Origin: Candidatus Woesearchaeota archaeon
Lineage (GTDB): Archaea > Nanobdellota > Nanobdellia > Pacearchaeales > GW2011-AR1
Assembly: GCA_964598515.1 (NCBI GenBank)
Contig: CAZRBZ010000001.1
Location: 1 to 36,627 of the forward strand
Direction: 5' to 3'
DNA: 36,627 bases
This document shows positions 10,559-17,094 of the stretch, piece by piece; position 1 is the first letter of the stretch; every line of letters begins with the position of its first letter. The notes beneath the pieces were generated by a model. The model searched no databases and was not told the DNA's origin. It worked only from the letters and a program-made list of their open reading frames with translations. The position numbers were made by a program, and so were the translations under genes.

Positions 10559-11374
10559 TTATTTCTTTATGGGAATATTAATATATTGTCCAACCATTAA
10601 TTTTGTATTTTTTGCATTATTAAGTTTCATAATTTTATTTGCATCTTTTCCTGTTCCATAAATTTCTTCTGCAATTTTCCAATAAGTGTCACCAGATTTT
10701 ATTTTATATTGTTGTGTTTGTATCATATTTTTTGTAATAGTTTTATTTGGAGTTGATTGTTCTAAAATCCATTCATAAATATCGCCTTGTTTTACAACTA
10801 CGTTTTTTTCATTTCCAATTCTTGGTTTTTCCAAAGAATATTTAAAATTTTCAGTGTCTACAAAATAGAAGTCTAATTTTCCAGGAGTAGAATTTTCTCT
10901 TTCTGCTATTGCAAAAGTTTTATTTTCTAAAGAGATTGTTGCTATGTAAAATTCTTGCCCTTTTTCTGTTGTAATTTTTTTATAAATTATGTCTCCTTTA
11001 GATTTGTCGAATTTAGAATGTTTTGGAATTTCTTTGTAGATTGTTAAAATCAAATCATTCATTTTAATTTTTTTTGGAATAAATTCATCTTTTGCTTCTC
11101 TTGTTGGTATTGGGTTCCCATATTCAAATACGTCGGAAGTATATTTTGATTTTCTTATTTCGAATCCTAAAGGGTTTGAATTATCGTCTGCTTCTTTAAA
11201 ATTATATTCTTCTTTAAATATTCCAACATCCAATTTTTTATAAGGTATATCATTTTGGGTTATTTGTTCTATTTTAATTCCTTTATATAGATGATTCTCT
11301 GCAAAAGGTCTTTTTGTTGCACAACTTGAAGTTAAAATTCCAGTTGTTAATAGATAAATTAATCCTTTTTTCAT
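10559..11374 (-). CDS. lipoprotein with C-terminal LysM domain
   Basis: N-terminus MKKGLIYLLTTGILTSSC has a lipobox-like LTSSC. The C-terminus YKIKSGDTYWKIAEEIYGTGKDANKIMKLNNAKNTKLMVGQYINIP fits the LysM consensus. Its stop codon directly abuts the stop of the giant gene. Confidence 0.8.
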   Translation of the reverse strand: MKKGLIYLLTTGILTSSCATKRPFAENHLYKGIKIEQITQNDIPYKKLDVGIFKEEYNFKEADDNSNPLGFEIRKSKYTSDVFEYGNPIPTREAKDEFIPKKIKMNDLILTIYKEIPKHSKFDKSKGDIIYKKITTEKGQEFYIATISLENKTFAIAERENSTPGKLDFYFVDTENFKYSLEKPRIGNEKNVVVKQGDIYEWILEQSTPNKTITKNMIQTQQYKIKSGDTYWKIAEEIYGTGKDANKIMKLNNAKNTKLMVGQYINIPIKK

Positions 11375-11585
11375 ACTAGTTTATAGAAGAATTAGATTAT
11401 AAAGTTTTCTATTGTTGTAATTTATTAATGATTACAAATGGGGGTTTGAATTTCTCCTGAAATCAAAATCGATGAATTTTGACTTAAACCAGCGCAATCA
11501 CTTCTTGTGATAAAACTACTTGAATTTTTGAACTTTCAAATTTTGTTTCAGAATTAAAATTATTCTTCTAAAGAGGAATAAGATA

Positions 11586-11672
11586 TGCAAGGGACAGGAT
11601 TTGTGGGTCGTTCAAAGAACTCTCCGTAGCACAAAAGTTTAAACTTTGTGCTAAACCCAAGGTTTCGAACCT
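11586..11672 (-). pseudogene. tRNA-Leu 3' fragment: T-arm half AGGTTC, a ~64-nt hairpin-rich insert, then the last 17-18 nt of tRNA-Leu
   Basis: 11586-11603 is identical to 11682-11699 (CAAATCCTGTCCCTTGCA on the minus strand). AGGTTC at 11667-11672. The insert contains a stem of about 10 bp (TAGCACAAAG/CTTTTGTGCTA). Confidence 0.5.
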
Positions 11673-11681
11673 AAAAATAAA

Positions 11682-11764
11682 TGCAAGGGACAGGATTTGA
11701 ACCTGCGCAAGTATACACTACTGGAGCCTAAATCCAGCCCGTTTGACCACTCCGGCACCCCTGC
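11682..11764 (-). tRNA. tRNA-Leu (anticodon UAG), type II with long variable arm
   Basis: Hand fold: acceptor GCAGGGG/CCCTTGC plus discriminator A. Anticodon arm CTGGA-TTTAGGC-TCCAG. T-arm GCAGG-TTCAAAT-CCTGT. 83 nt. Confidence 0.9.
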
Positions 11765-11818
11765 ATTGTTTTGTGGTCAAATGGTTTACTGTTGAGTTAA
11801 AGTGACTGCGTCGACTTT

Positions 11819-11867
11819 GACTTGGTTGAACCTGAAAGGTGATGCCTGACCACTCCGGCATCCCCAC
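11819..11867 (-). pseudogene. tRNA-Leu-like 5' fragment (acceptor/D-arm plus T-arm remnant, no anticodon arm)
   Basis: GTGGGGATGCCGGAGTGGTCA shares 14/14 nt (TGCCGGAGTGGTCA) with the intact tRNA-Leu 103 nt downstream. It is followed by CAGGTTCAA (T-arm-like). No complementary 3' acceptor strand was found. Confidence 0.5.
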
Positions 11868-11895
11868 ATGTGATAATAAATGGAGAAATCTTGGG

Positions 11896-11903
11896 TATAA
11901 AAA
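11896..11903 (-). promoter_or_regulatory. TATA box (TTTTTATA on the minus strand) upstream of the tRNA-Leu locus
   Basis: Lies about 29 nt upstream of the 5' fragment at 11867. There is no comparable TATA directly upstream of the intact tRNA-Leu. Confidence 0.4.
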
Positions 11904-12165
11904 GGTTTAGAATTTATTTTTGAATGTGGCAAAAAATAAATTAATTGAATAAAAGAAAACTTCACTTTGTTCAATATCAATAAATAAATTTCACGAAGTA
12001 ATTCGGAAATTTAAGAAAATAATTAATAGGATAATTTAAGAAATGAATGGGATAATTATTTATTTCTGGAAGAGCGAGCAAAAAGTAAATCTATGCTTAG
12101 CGATTTAATGAAGTGGGTAGTTGGTTTTGATTAGTAATAAATCTTGGAATAATATATAAGAAAAG

Positions 12166-13110
12166 TTATTCTTCTTTAGCTGCTCTTTTTCTTTCTTTGT
12201 TTTCAACTTCTTTTTGTTTTATTTTATCTTCTAAATCTAACCTATCAATTAATTCTTTGTATCTATTTCTTATTGTTACTTCTGTAATTCCTGCGATATC
12301 TGCTACTTCTCTTTGAGTCTTTTTTTCATCATTCATTAAAGCTGCAACATAAAGTGCTGCTGCTGCAATTCCTGCTGGACCTCTCCCAGAAGTTAGTTCA
12401 ACATCTCTAGCTTGGTCTAATATATCCAATGCATCATTTTGTGTTGCAGGAGATAATTTTAAAACTGAGGAGAATCTTGAAATGTAATCTTTTGGTGAAG
12501 ATTGTTTTACTCTGATTCCTAATTTTCTAATAATAAATCTATAGGTTCTTCCAATTTCTTTTCTTTCTACATCTGATGCTGTGGCCATTTCATCCAAAGT
12601 TCTTGGAATATTATATGATCTACATGCTGCGTAAAGACAAGCTGCGATTACTGATTCCATGGATCTTCCTCTAACTAATCCTCTTTGTAAAACATAATTA
12701 TAAATTCTTGATGCTTCGTCCCTAACAACATTTGGTAAATTTAAATAAGAAGCTATAACTCTCAATTCAGCCATTGCAAGTCTTAAATTTCTTTCAATTG
12801 AAGTTGAAACTCTTTCTTGCCATTTTTTTAATCTTAAGAATTTTCTTGTTTGTTTTGGTTCTAATCTGTATATATCTGAAATTTCACCAACATTTGTAGT
12901 TAAACCTTTATCAAATTTTTGAATAGAAATTGGAGCTCCTCCTCTTCCTTTTTTCTCTCCTTTATCAAATTTACCAGATAAGTCTATACCTGTGTCAACC
13001 ATTTTTTCTTCAACTACTAATCCACAATCATTACAAATTATTTCTCCAAGATGTGAATCAAAAGTTAAATTTACACTTCCACATTCTGGACATTCTCTTA
13101 TATTTGACAT
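12166..13110 (-). CDS. tfb: transcription initiation factor IIB (TFB)
   Basis: N-terminal zinc ribbon CPECGS...CNDCG followed by two cyclin-like repeats. Length (314 aa) and sequence are typical of archaeal TFB. Confidence 0.95.
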   Translation of the reverse strand: MSNIRECPECGSVNLTFDSHLGEIICNDCGLVVEEKMVDTGIDLSGKFDKGEKKGRGGAPISIQKFDKGLTTNVGEISDIYRLEPKQTRKFLRLKKWQERVSTSIERNLRLAMAELRVIASYLNLPNVVRDEASRIYNYVLQRGLVRGRSMESVIAACLYAACRSYNIPRTLDEMATASDVERKEIGRTYRFIIRKLGIRVKQSSPKDYISRFSSVLKLSPATQNDALDILDQARDVELTSGRGPAGIAAAALYVAALMNDEKKTQREVADIAGITEVTIRNRYKELIDRLDLEDKIKQKEVENKERKRAAKEE

Positions 13111-13213
13111 TTTAGAATTTCCTTTACGTAAACTTTATAAAGGAAATTCTTTTATAAAGCTTTTGGTATATCAAATTAGGGTTTAATATGGTTATATTTG
13201 GAGTTTTTAGAAA

Positions 13214-13588
13214 TTATTCAATAAGGATTCCATTAATATTTCCTTCTTGAGTTGGCCTATTTGTAATTTTTACTTTTCCTAATTTTGTTTCTATAATTGT
13301 TCCTTTAGTTATAATATTTTGTCTTGCAAGAAATCTATTTGAAGGAGTTTCAAGAACATTTTTAATTTCAATTTTTTCCTTTTTTCCTTTTGATTCCACA
13401 TTAATAAAATTTGATTTTAATAAATATGTTTTTATATTTCCACCTTTAGTTCTAACTGTTTTTCTTTTTTCTTCTCCTAATTTTACAGTTCTTTTTTGAC
13501 CGGCTCTTTCATACTTTTTCTTTTTTCTTTGTTTAACGTATTTTCCACCAGTAATTTTTCTTCCGAATTTCATGTTATTGAAATTCAA
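13214..13588 (-). CDS. rps8e: 30S ribosomal protein eS8 (S8e)
   Basis: 124 aa. Basic N-terminus GRKITGGKYVKQRKKKKYE and a C-terminus typical of archaeal S8e. Confidence 0.9.
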   Translation of the reverse strand: MNFNNMKFGRKITGGKYVKQRKKKKYERAGQKRTVKLGEEKRKTVRTKGGNIKTYLLKSNFINVESKGKKEKIEIKNVLETPSNRFLARQNIITKGTIIETKLGKVKITNRPTQEGNINGILIE

Positions 13589-13645
13589 ATTTGATTTATA
13601 AAGTTTTGTGTTATTTTATTGTAAGGATATTTTACTATTTCATTA

Positions 13646-13661
13646 CGAAAAAATTTATAAA
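13646..13661 (+). promoter_or_regulatory. BRE (CGAAA) + TATA (TTTATAAA) for the Sm-like protein gene
   Basis: cgaaaaaatttataaa. The TATA centre is about 26 nt upstream of the ATG at 13683 (leaderless spacing). Confidence 0.5.
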
Positions 13662-13682
13662 CTAATTAGACGAGAATTATTT

Positions 13683-13928
13683 ATGGTAAATGGAATTGAA
13701 AGACCCTTAGATTTGTTAAACACGTCAAAGGGAAAAGAAGTTTTGGTGCATTTGAAGGGTGGAAAAGAGTTTGTAGGAACTCTTTTGGCTTTTGATATCC
13801 ATATCAATTTGGTATTGGATAATGTGAAAGAAATGGAAAATGGTGCTCAAAAGAAGTCATTAGGTTTGACTTTTTTAAGAGGAGATACTATTATCTATAT
13901 TTCTCCAGCTTCAACTGCACTTAAGTAA
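13683..13928 (+). CDS. Sm-like (LSm/SmAP) RNA-binding protein
   Basis: Sm1 motif VLVHLKGGKEFVGTLLAFDIHINLVLDNVKE and Sm2 motif LRGDTIIYISP. The ATG at 13683 is preferred over the upstream alternative start at 13608. Confidence 0.9.
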   Translation: MVNGIERPLDLLNTSKGKEVLVHLKGGKEFVGTLLAFDIHINLVLDNVKEMENGAQKKSLGLTFLRGDTIIYISPASTALK

Positions 13929-14036
13929 GATTTGGCGTTTTGTCTCGTTGATTTTCGCAGGGACAGAATTCTTAGAGATTATAAGTTAGCTTAAGCTCTA
14001 AAAAAGTTATTTAAACGCTTGGTGATACTTGTTAGT

Positions 14037-14945
14037 ATGACGTCTAAGGTAAAATTAACTTTTTTAGGTACGAGTGATCAAATTCCTAGTCGGAGCAGGA
14101 ATCATACTTCTATTTTATTAAATTTTAATGAGGAAAATATTTTAATTGATTGTGGAGAGGGAACTCAAAGGCAATTTAGGAAAGCTAATTTGAATCTTTG
14201 TAAGATTACAAAAATTTTAATTAGTCATTGGCATGGAGATCATGTTTTAGGTTTACCGGGATTACTATCTACTTTGGCACTTAGTGGTTATAACAAATCT
14301 TTGGAAATTTATGGACCTAAAGGAATTAAATCAAAAATTGATACTATGTTGAAATTATATAATTTTCATCGAGAGTATAATTTAATTATTAAAGAAATTG
14401 AATCAGGTATCTTTTTTGAAAATGAAGGTTTTTATTTGGAAGCAGAAGAGATGGAACATGGTATTCCTTGTTTGGCGTATGGATTTATCAAAAAAGATTA
14501 TTTGAGAATTGATAAAAAGAAATTTGAAAAATCTGGATTAAAAATTGGCCCAGAATTAAAAAAATTAAAGGAAGGTAAAAATATTAAAATTGATGGAAAA
14601 GAGTATAAATTTAAGGATTTTACTTTTACCGAGGATAAAAAAAAGGTCTCTATTGTAATGGATACAAAGTTGAATAAAAGAATAATCCCTTTTGTTAAAA
14701 ATGCAGACTTGTTTATCTCTGAGAGTACTTATTCTTCTGAATTAGAAAAGGAAGCAGAGGAACATTTGCATTTAACTGTTGGCCAAGTTGCAAATATTGC
14801 TAAAAAGGCAAAAGTGAAGAAATTAATTTTGACTCATGTTAGTTCAAGATATTTGAAAGATTTGAAAAGTTTATTGGATGAATCAAAAAAAATCTTTAAA
14901 GAAAGTTATTTGCCTCGAGATTTAGATTTTTTTATTTTGGAATGA
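14037..14945 (+). CDS. rnz: ribonuclease Z (tRNA 3' endonuclease, metallo-beta-lactamase fold)
   Basis: LTFLGTS start and HxHxDH motif (SHWHGDHVLGLPGLL). About 300 aa. The ATG at 14037 is in frame within ORF 14019..14945. Confidence 0.9.
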   Translation: MTSKVKLTFLGTSDQIPSRSRNHTSILLNFNEENILIDCGEGTQRQFRKANLNLCKITKILISHWHGDHVLGLPGLLSTLALSGYNKSLEIYGPKGIKSKIDTMLKLYNFHREYNLIIKEIESGIFFENEGFYLEAEEMEHGIPCLAYGFIKKDYLRIDKKKFEKSGLKIGPELKKLKEGKNIKIDGKEYKFKDFTFTEDKKKVSIVMDTKLNKRIIPFVKNADLFISESTYSSELEKEAEEHLHLTVGQVANIAKKAKVKKLILTHVSSRYLKDLKSLLDESKKIFKESYLPRDLDFFILE

Positions 14946-14979
14946 TTTTTTTTATTAAAAATATTTTTGTTAAAAAAAT

Positions 14980-15393
14980 TTATTCTCCTAAAACTTTAAT
15001 TAATATTTTTTTTGGTCTTTGACCATCAAATTCTCCATAGAATACTTCTTCCCAATGACCTAAATCTAGTTTCCAATTTTGGACAGAAATTGTTGTTTCT
15101 CTACCCATAATTGTTCTCCATAAATGAGCAAAACCATTATCTTCTCCTGTTTGATGGTGATGATAAGTGAATTCTTTCGGAGCTAATTTTTCTAGCCATT
15201 CTTGAAAATCTTTAATTAAACCACTTTCATTATCGTTAATAAAAATAGATGATGTGATGTGCATTGGATTCACCAACACAATTCCATCTTGAACCCCAGA
15301 TTCTTTGATGGCTTCTTGAATTAAATCAGTAATTTTAATGAAATCAATTCTTTTTTTAGTGTTTATTGTTATATGTTTTGAATAAATTTTCAT
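14980..15393 (-). CDS. YjbQ/UPF0047 family protein (secondary thiamine-phosphate synthase-like)
   Basis: Family-typical segments MHITSSIFINDNE, YHHHQTGEDNGFAHL and DLGHWEEVFYGEFDG. The internal ATG (MKIYSKH) is preferred because the longer ORF runs to within 16 nt of tRNA-Cys. Confidence 0.8.
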   Translation of the reverse strand: MKIYSKHITINTKKRIDFIKITDLIQEAIKESGVQDGIVLVNPMHITSSIFINDNESGLIKDFQEWLEKLAPKEFTYHHHQTGEDNGFAHLWRTIMGRETTISVQNWKLDLGHWEEVFYGEFDGQRPKKILIKVLGE

Positions 15394-15468
15394 CTTAATA
15401 GAGGTTAGTCTTTCCGTGATGAAGGCTAATCTATCATGCCCACAAATTGACATGATTATGGTTTATTA

Positions 15469-15541
15469 AGCGGAGGGTGGGATTCGAACCCACGAAAAGC
15501 CGGGTTGCAGCCGACCGCAGTAACCACTGTGCCACCTCCGC
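15469..15541 (-). tRNA. tRNA-Cys (anticodon GCA)
   Basis: Hand fold: GCGGAGG/CCTCCGC acceptor with discriminator U73. Anticodon arm GTCGG-CTGCAAC-CCGGC. T-arm GTGGG-TTCGAAT-CCCAC. A TATA box (CTTTAAATAA, minus strand, 15564-15573) lies about 28 nt upstream. Confidence 0.9.
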
Positions 15542-15580
15542 ATATAAAATTAATAATAAAACCTTATTTAAAGATTATTA

Positions 15581-16411
15581 TTAATTAGAAAATTTTAAAC
15601 CTTTTGCTTTTTTTATTAAACCTTTTTTGTCTTCAGGAATATCTTCTCTTTTTGCTTTTTTTAGATATGATTTTATTTTTTTTATTTTTTTATTTTTTGA
15701 TAACTTTTTGTTTGTATGTGGGCCTCCAATACATCCACCATCACAAAATAAACAATCTAAAAATTTGATTCTTTTTTTTGGATTTTTTAAAAATTTAATA
15801 ACTTCTTGAATGCCATCAATCTCTATCCATTCGTTTTCATGAATGACTTCTTTTATGTGGGCTGTTTTTGCCAATGCTCCTGAGAGAGGATAAATTTTTG
15901 TATAGTCATTATAAAATTTATCAAATTTTCCTTTTTTGAAAAGAGGTTTTTTAATTTTATATTTTTTAAATAATTTTTTTAATTCTTCGTAATCAATTAC
16001 ATAGTCAACATATTTACAAGATTTAGCTTCGATTTTTTTGAAGTCACATGGAGAAATAAAAATAATTTTATGTTTTGGAAAATGTTTTCTGCAAATTTTT
16101 CCCATAGAAACCATTGGGCTATCAATTTTTGCTAAATTATTTTTATATTGTGGAAATCTATTTATAATTGTAGCAACAATTCCTGGGCAGGTGGAAGAAA
16201 TAAGCATTTTTTTAGAAGTTTTTAATTTTTCATTATATTCCCTATTAATCATTTTTGCACCAAAAGTTAATTCAACAACTTTATCAAATCCTAATTTTTT
16301 TAAACGATGAATTATAGAAGGGTAAGAAAAATCTACTACAAAACTTGGAGCAATCATTGCAACATATTTTCCTTTTAGTGGAAATTTTAAATTAGCAACA
16401 TCTTTTTTCAT
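15581..16411 (-). CDS. [FeFe]-hydrogenase H-cluster-domain-like protein (minimal, no ferredoxin-like N-terminus)
   Basis: Three motif-like segments in the expected order: SSTCPGIV (cf. TSCCPxW), FISPCDFKKIEA (cf. MPCxxKxxE), FLDCLFCDGGCIGGP (cf. CxxGCxxGGG). Only 276 aa. Confidence 0.65.
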   Translation of the reverse strand: MKKDVANLKFPLKGKYVAMIAPSFVVDFSYPSIIHRLKKLGFDKVVELTFGAKMINREYNEKLKTSKKMLISSTCPGIVATIINRFPQYKNNLAKIDSPMVSMGKICRKHFPKHKIIFISPCDFKKIEAKSCKYVDYVIDYEELKKLFKKYKIKKPLFKKGKFDKFYNDYTKIYPLSGALAKTAHIKEVIHENEWIEIDGIQEVIKFLKNPKKRIKFLDCLFCDGGCIGGPHTNKKLSKNKKIKKIKSYLKKAKREDIPEDKKGLIKKAKGLKFSN

Positions 16412-16460
16412 GTTTGTAAAATAAACTCTAAATATTAAAATCTTTCTATTAAAAGAAACA

Positions 16461-16468
16461 CTTTTAAA
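16461..16468 (+). promoter_or_regulatory. TATA box (TTTTAAAT) upstream of the tRNA-Arg locus
   Basis: Lies 23-30 nt upstream of 16491, the first base of the 5' tRNA-Arg fragment. No TATA lies directly upstream of the intact tRNA at 16602. Confidence 0.4.
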
Positions 16469-16490
16469 TCAAATAAAACAAATATTTACA

Positions 16491-16601
16491 TGCTTCGGTA
16501 ACTCAACTCGACACCACGCTCGGAGTTGATAAGTAGAGATTGTCCTTCGCGTAATCTCTCGGCCTGGATATCCATCCTTCGTTACCAATTCGTGAAGATT
16601 G
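16491..16601 (+). pseudogene. tRNA-Arg-like leader: 5' 14 nt + 56-nt insert + next 9 nt of the tRNA + degenerate remainder
   Basis: 16491-16504 (GCTTCGGTAACTCA) equals 16602-16615. 16561-16569 (GCCTGGATA) equals 16616-16624. The insert carries a 7-bp hairpin AGAGATT/AATCTCT. No T-arm or 3' acceptor strand is present. Confidence 0.45.
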
Positions 16602-16676
16602 TGCTTCGGTAACTCAGCCTGGATAGAGTGTCAGCCTTCTAAGCTGAAAGTCGCAGGTTCGAATCCTGTCCGGGGC
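16602..16676 (+). tRNA. tRNA-Arg (anticodon UCU)
   Basis: Hand fold: GCTTCGG/CCGGGGC acceptor plus A. D-arm ACTC/GAGT. Anticodon arm TCAGC-CTTCTAA-GCTGA. T-arm GCAGG-TTCGAAT-CCTGT. Followed by a T8 run. Confidence 0.9.
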
Positions 16677-16700
16677 ATATTTTTTTTGTAAAAAAGAGAT

Positions 16701-16727
16701 GAATAAATTTTTACACGAAATGATTTA
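16701..16727 (+). repeat. 27-bp direct repeat copy 1 (AATAAATTTTTACACGAAATGATTTAA)
   Basis: 26/27 identical to 16917-16943. Diverged copies lie near 11984-12004 (+) and 11505-11527 (-). Confidence 0.8.
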
Positions 16728-16739
16728 AACAATAAACTT

Positions 16740-16790
16740 AACCGATAAATTGGGCGCTCGTTCACACAGTGACTTCGCATAAACTATCTG
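16740..16790 (+). repeat. CCGATAAAT-family element (single copy related to the 51-bp tandem unit at 36522)
   Basis: About 75% identity to the unit at 36522 over roughly the first 40 nt. Hairpin TCAC-ACA-GTGA here versus CGAC-ACA-GTCG there (both stem changes are compensatory). Confidence 0.6.
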
Positions 16791-16916
16791 CTCAACCCTT
16801 GAAAGATTTTTTAATTTTTAATCTGAATTTTATTTTCACTTTCAATGATTTCGCTCCGCCTTATCGGCTTCAGTTGAGAAAACAATGGCTCTGACAGGTT
16901 TATTGGATTGGCATAA

Positions 16917-16943
16917 AAATAAATTTTTACACGAAGTGATTTA
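16917..16943 (+). repeat. 27-bp direct repeat copy 2
   Basis: AATAAATTTTTACACGAAGTGATTTAA. See 16701-16727. Confidence 0.8.
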
Positions 16944-16968
16944 ACTCTCTACTCGAGTTTAAAGAAAA

Positions 16969-17041
16969 ATGGCTCTGAAGAGATTTAAACTCTCGACCTC
17001 CGCCTCATGAGAGCGGCGCTCTAATCACTGAGCTACAGAGC
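16969..17041 (-). tRNA. tRNA with anticodon CAU (elongator Met or Ile2)
   Basis: Hand fold: GGCTCTG/CAGAGCC plus A. D-arm GCTC/GAGC. Anticodon arm CCGCT-CTCATGA-GGCGG. T-arm GAGAG-TTTAAAT-CTCTT. TATA (TTTTAAAA, 17067-17074) lies about 26-33 nt upstream. G at position 37 is unusual for a CAU anticodon. Confidence 0.85.
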
Positions 17042-17094
17042 CAGATATTGTTATTGGAAAATATTCTTTTAAAAGTATTTTGTATTATTAAAAA

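Noticed and set aside
11830-11867. Possible tRNA with a UCA anticodon (opal suppressor or Sec) in the 5' fragment (TCACC-TTTCAGG)
   Set aside because: There is no complementary 3' anticodon stem (GGTGA), no proper T-arm and no 3' acceptor strand for GTGGGGA. All long ORFs in the window read cleanly in the standard code.
11786-11980. 64-aa minus-strand ORF across the tRNA-Leu upstream region
   Set aside because: It overlaps the tRNA-like fragment and its TATA box. The translation has no protein-like features.
13608-15453. Longer N-terminal extensions offered by the ORF track (13608 for the Sm protein, 14019 for RNase Z, 15453 for YjbQ, 19314 for leuS, 23977, 4)
   Set aside because: They use TTG/GTG-type alternative starts or, for the 15453 extension, an upstream ATG that adds non-conserved residues. 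They override well-placed TATA boxes or crowd the tRNA-Cys gene. The internal ATGs match family N-termini.
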